A stretch of DNA of 63,432 nt, the filler included, from Craspedostauros australis (Eukaryota): NCBI GenBank assembly GCA_030167865.1. It is 13 parts of 13 records of this genome, joined end to end, with 100 filler letters (N's around TTAATTAATTAA, not from the genome) between each part and the next. Parts side by side here need not be neighbours in the genome. Positions count along the whole stretch, not along the records: positions 60,024 to 63,432 come from JALAGF010000381.1; 12 more parts are not named here. The stretch is one strand, 5' to 3'. The notes under the pieces were generated by a model, which was not told the DNA's origin, made no database searches, and was given only the letters and a program-made list of their open reading frames with translations. Position 1 is the first letter of the stretch. Each line of letters begins with the position of its first letter. Below, in pieces: positions 62,422 to 63,432 of the stretch. Both the position numbers and the translations under genes were made by a program.

Positions 62422-63432
62422 ATGAAGTTCTCCGTCCTTGCCCTCGCTACCCTCATCGGAACCGCCGCCGCCAGCGCACCAAAGCTCTCTGTAAGTTGCC
62501 GTCGCTGTTGGTGTTGCTGTTGGTGTTGCTGCATGGTCCTGCATTCGTTCGCCCATTCAAGTCTTGCCGATGTGAGCCGCATGACGTTGTAAGACATTGC
62601 ACTCACCGCTCTTCTTCTTTCTGCAGATTTCCTTGACCGACGGAAACTTCAACGGCGTCGACGGACTCAACCCGACCCTCACCTGGGAAGGTGCGGCCAA
62701 CTCGGGTGATCTCGATATCAGCTACGGACTCGAGTCCGATGTCAGACCAACCAGCGACATCGCATCCCTCCCACGATCCGTCTGGGGAAAGGTCAAGACC
62801 GATGTCTCTGGATGGGGCGTCTCCGCCAGAGCCGATGTCGATGCACAGGACATGAACTCGGCTGACTTCGAGGTCGATGCCGACAACTCAGAGGCCGATC
62901 TCGCCATCCGCCTCACAGCATCCGCTGGAGGCAGCGGAAACGCCGTCAAGACCATCGAAGCCACCAAGGGCCTCGACCTGGATGGAGCTCGTGTCACCAT
63001 CAACCCACGATACAACGTGGCCGATGAACAAGCCGACGTCGTGCTCGGATACAACAACGATGCCACCGATGTCAAGCTCACAGCATCTGCTGACAGCCAG
63101 GAGGTCGTCGTGTCCCACAAGCTGGAGAGCACCGGCATCAAGCTCACCGCTTCTGCCGAGAGCCAGGAGGTCGAGATCGATCACCAGATCGACAACACTG
63201 GCATCAAGCTCACAGCATCCGCTGACAACCAGGAGGTCACCGTGTCCCAGCAGATCAACGATCGCGATCGTGTGTCTCCAACACTGACGAGCAACGGCGA
63301 TCTTTCTGTTGAGTGGGAGCGCACCTTGGAGGATGAGAGCAAGCTGACGGCCACCTTGAAGCCGAATGACAGTTTGGATGTTGAGTGGAACGACGGAGAC
63401 TGGACCGCGAACGTGAACATGCCAATCTCTGG
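62422..63432 (+). CDS. Beta-barrel-like protein, copy B (not in the ORF track); exons 62422-62490 and 62627-(window end)
   Basis: MKFSVLALATLIGTAAASAPKLS, GTAAGT...CAG intron, then ISLTDGNF; exon 2 is an inverted near-identical copy of 60024-60815. Confidence 0.82.

Noticed and set aside
1..63432. CRISPR arrays, rRNA or tRNA genes
   Set aside because: None recognised by eye; tRNAscan-SE or Infernal would be needed to exclude small RNAs

Overview
Eukaryotic genomic DNA, very probably a diatom. This rests on GT-AG introns of about 135-260 nt, a signal peptide ending AGA-F as in diatom plastid presequences, diatom-type Copia (CoDi) elements and diatom-typical protein families. The window is a concatenation of 13 contigs joined by artificial 100-nt N...TTAATTAATTAA...N linkers, so adjacency across linkers means nothing. 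The largest contig (9573-37465) is gene-rich. It carries two members of a diatom family with PP1-docking-like motifs, a GT25-like protein, a plastid-targeted Lon-N protein and a CTL/SLC44 transporter. It also carries two type II membrane glycosyltransferases separated by a TIR-bounded decayed mariner element, and a ~1225-aa signal peptide-SET-aminopropyltransferase-AdoMetDC-like fusion (candidate long-chain polyamine synthase/methylase). The small contigs are mostly transposon debris (Copia/CoDi, Sola-like, LINE, LTR-like). They also hold a STAND-type ATPase fragment, a secreted protein, and a head-to-head pair of beta-barrel-like genes whose second exons are nearly identical while their first exons and introns are unrelated. 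All family calls come from motif recognition by eye; no searches were run.
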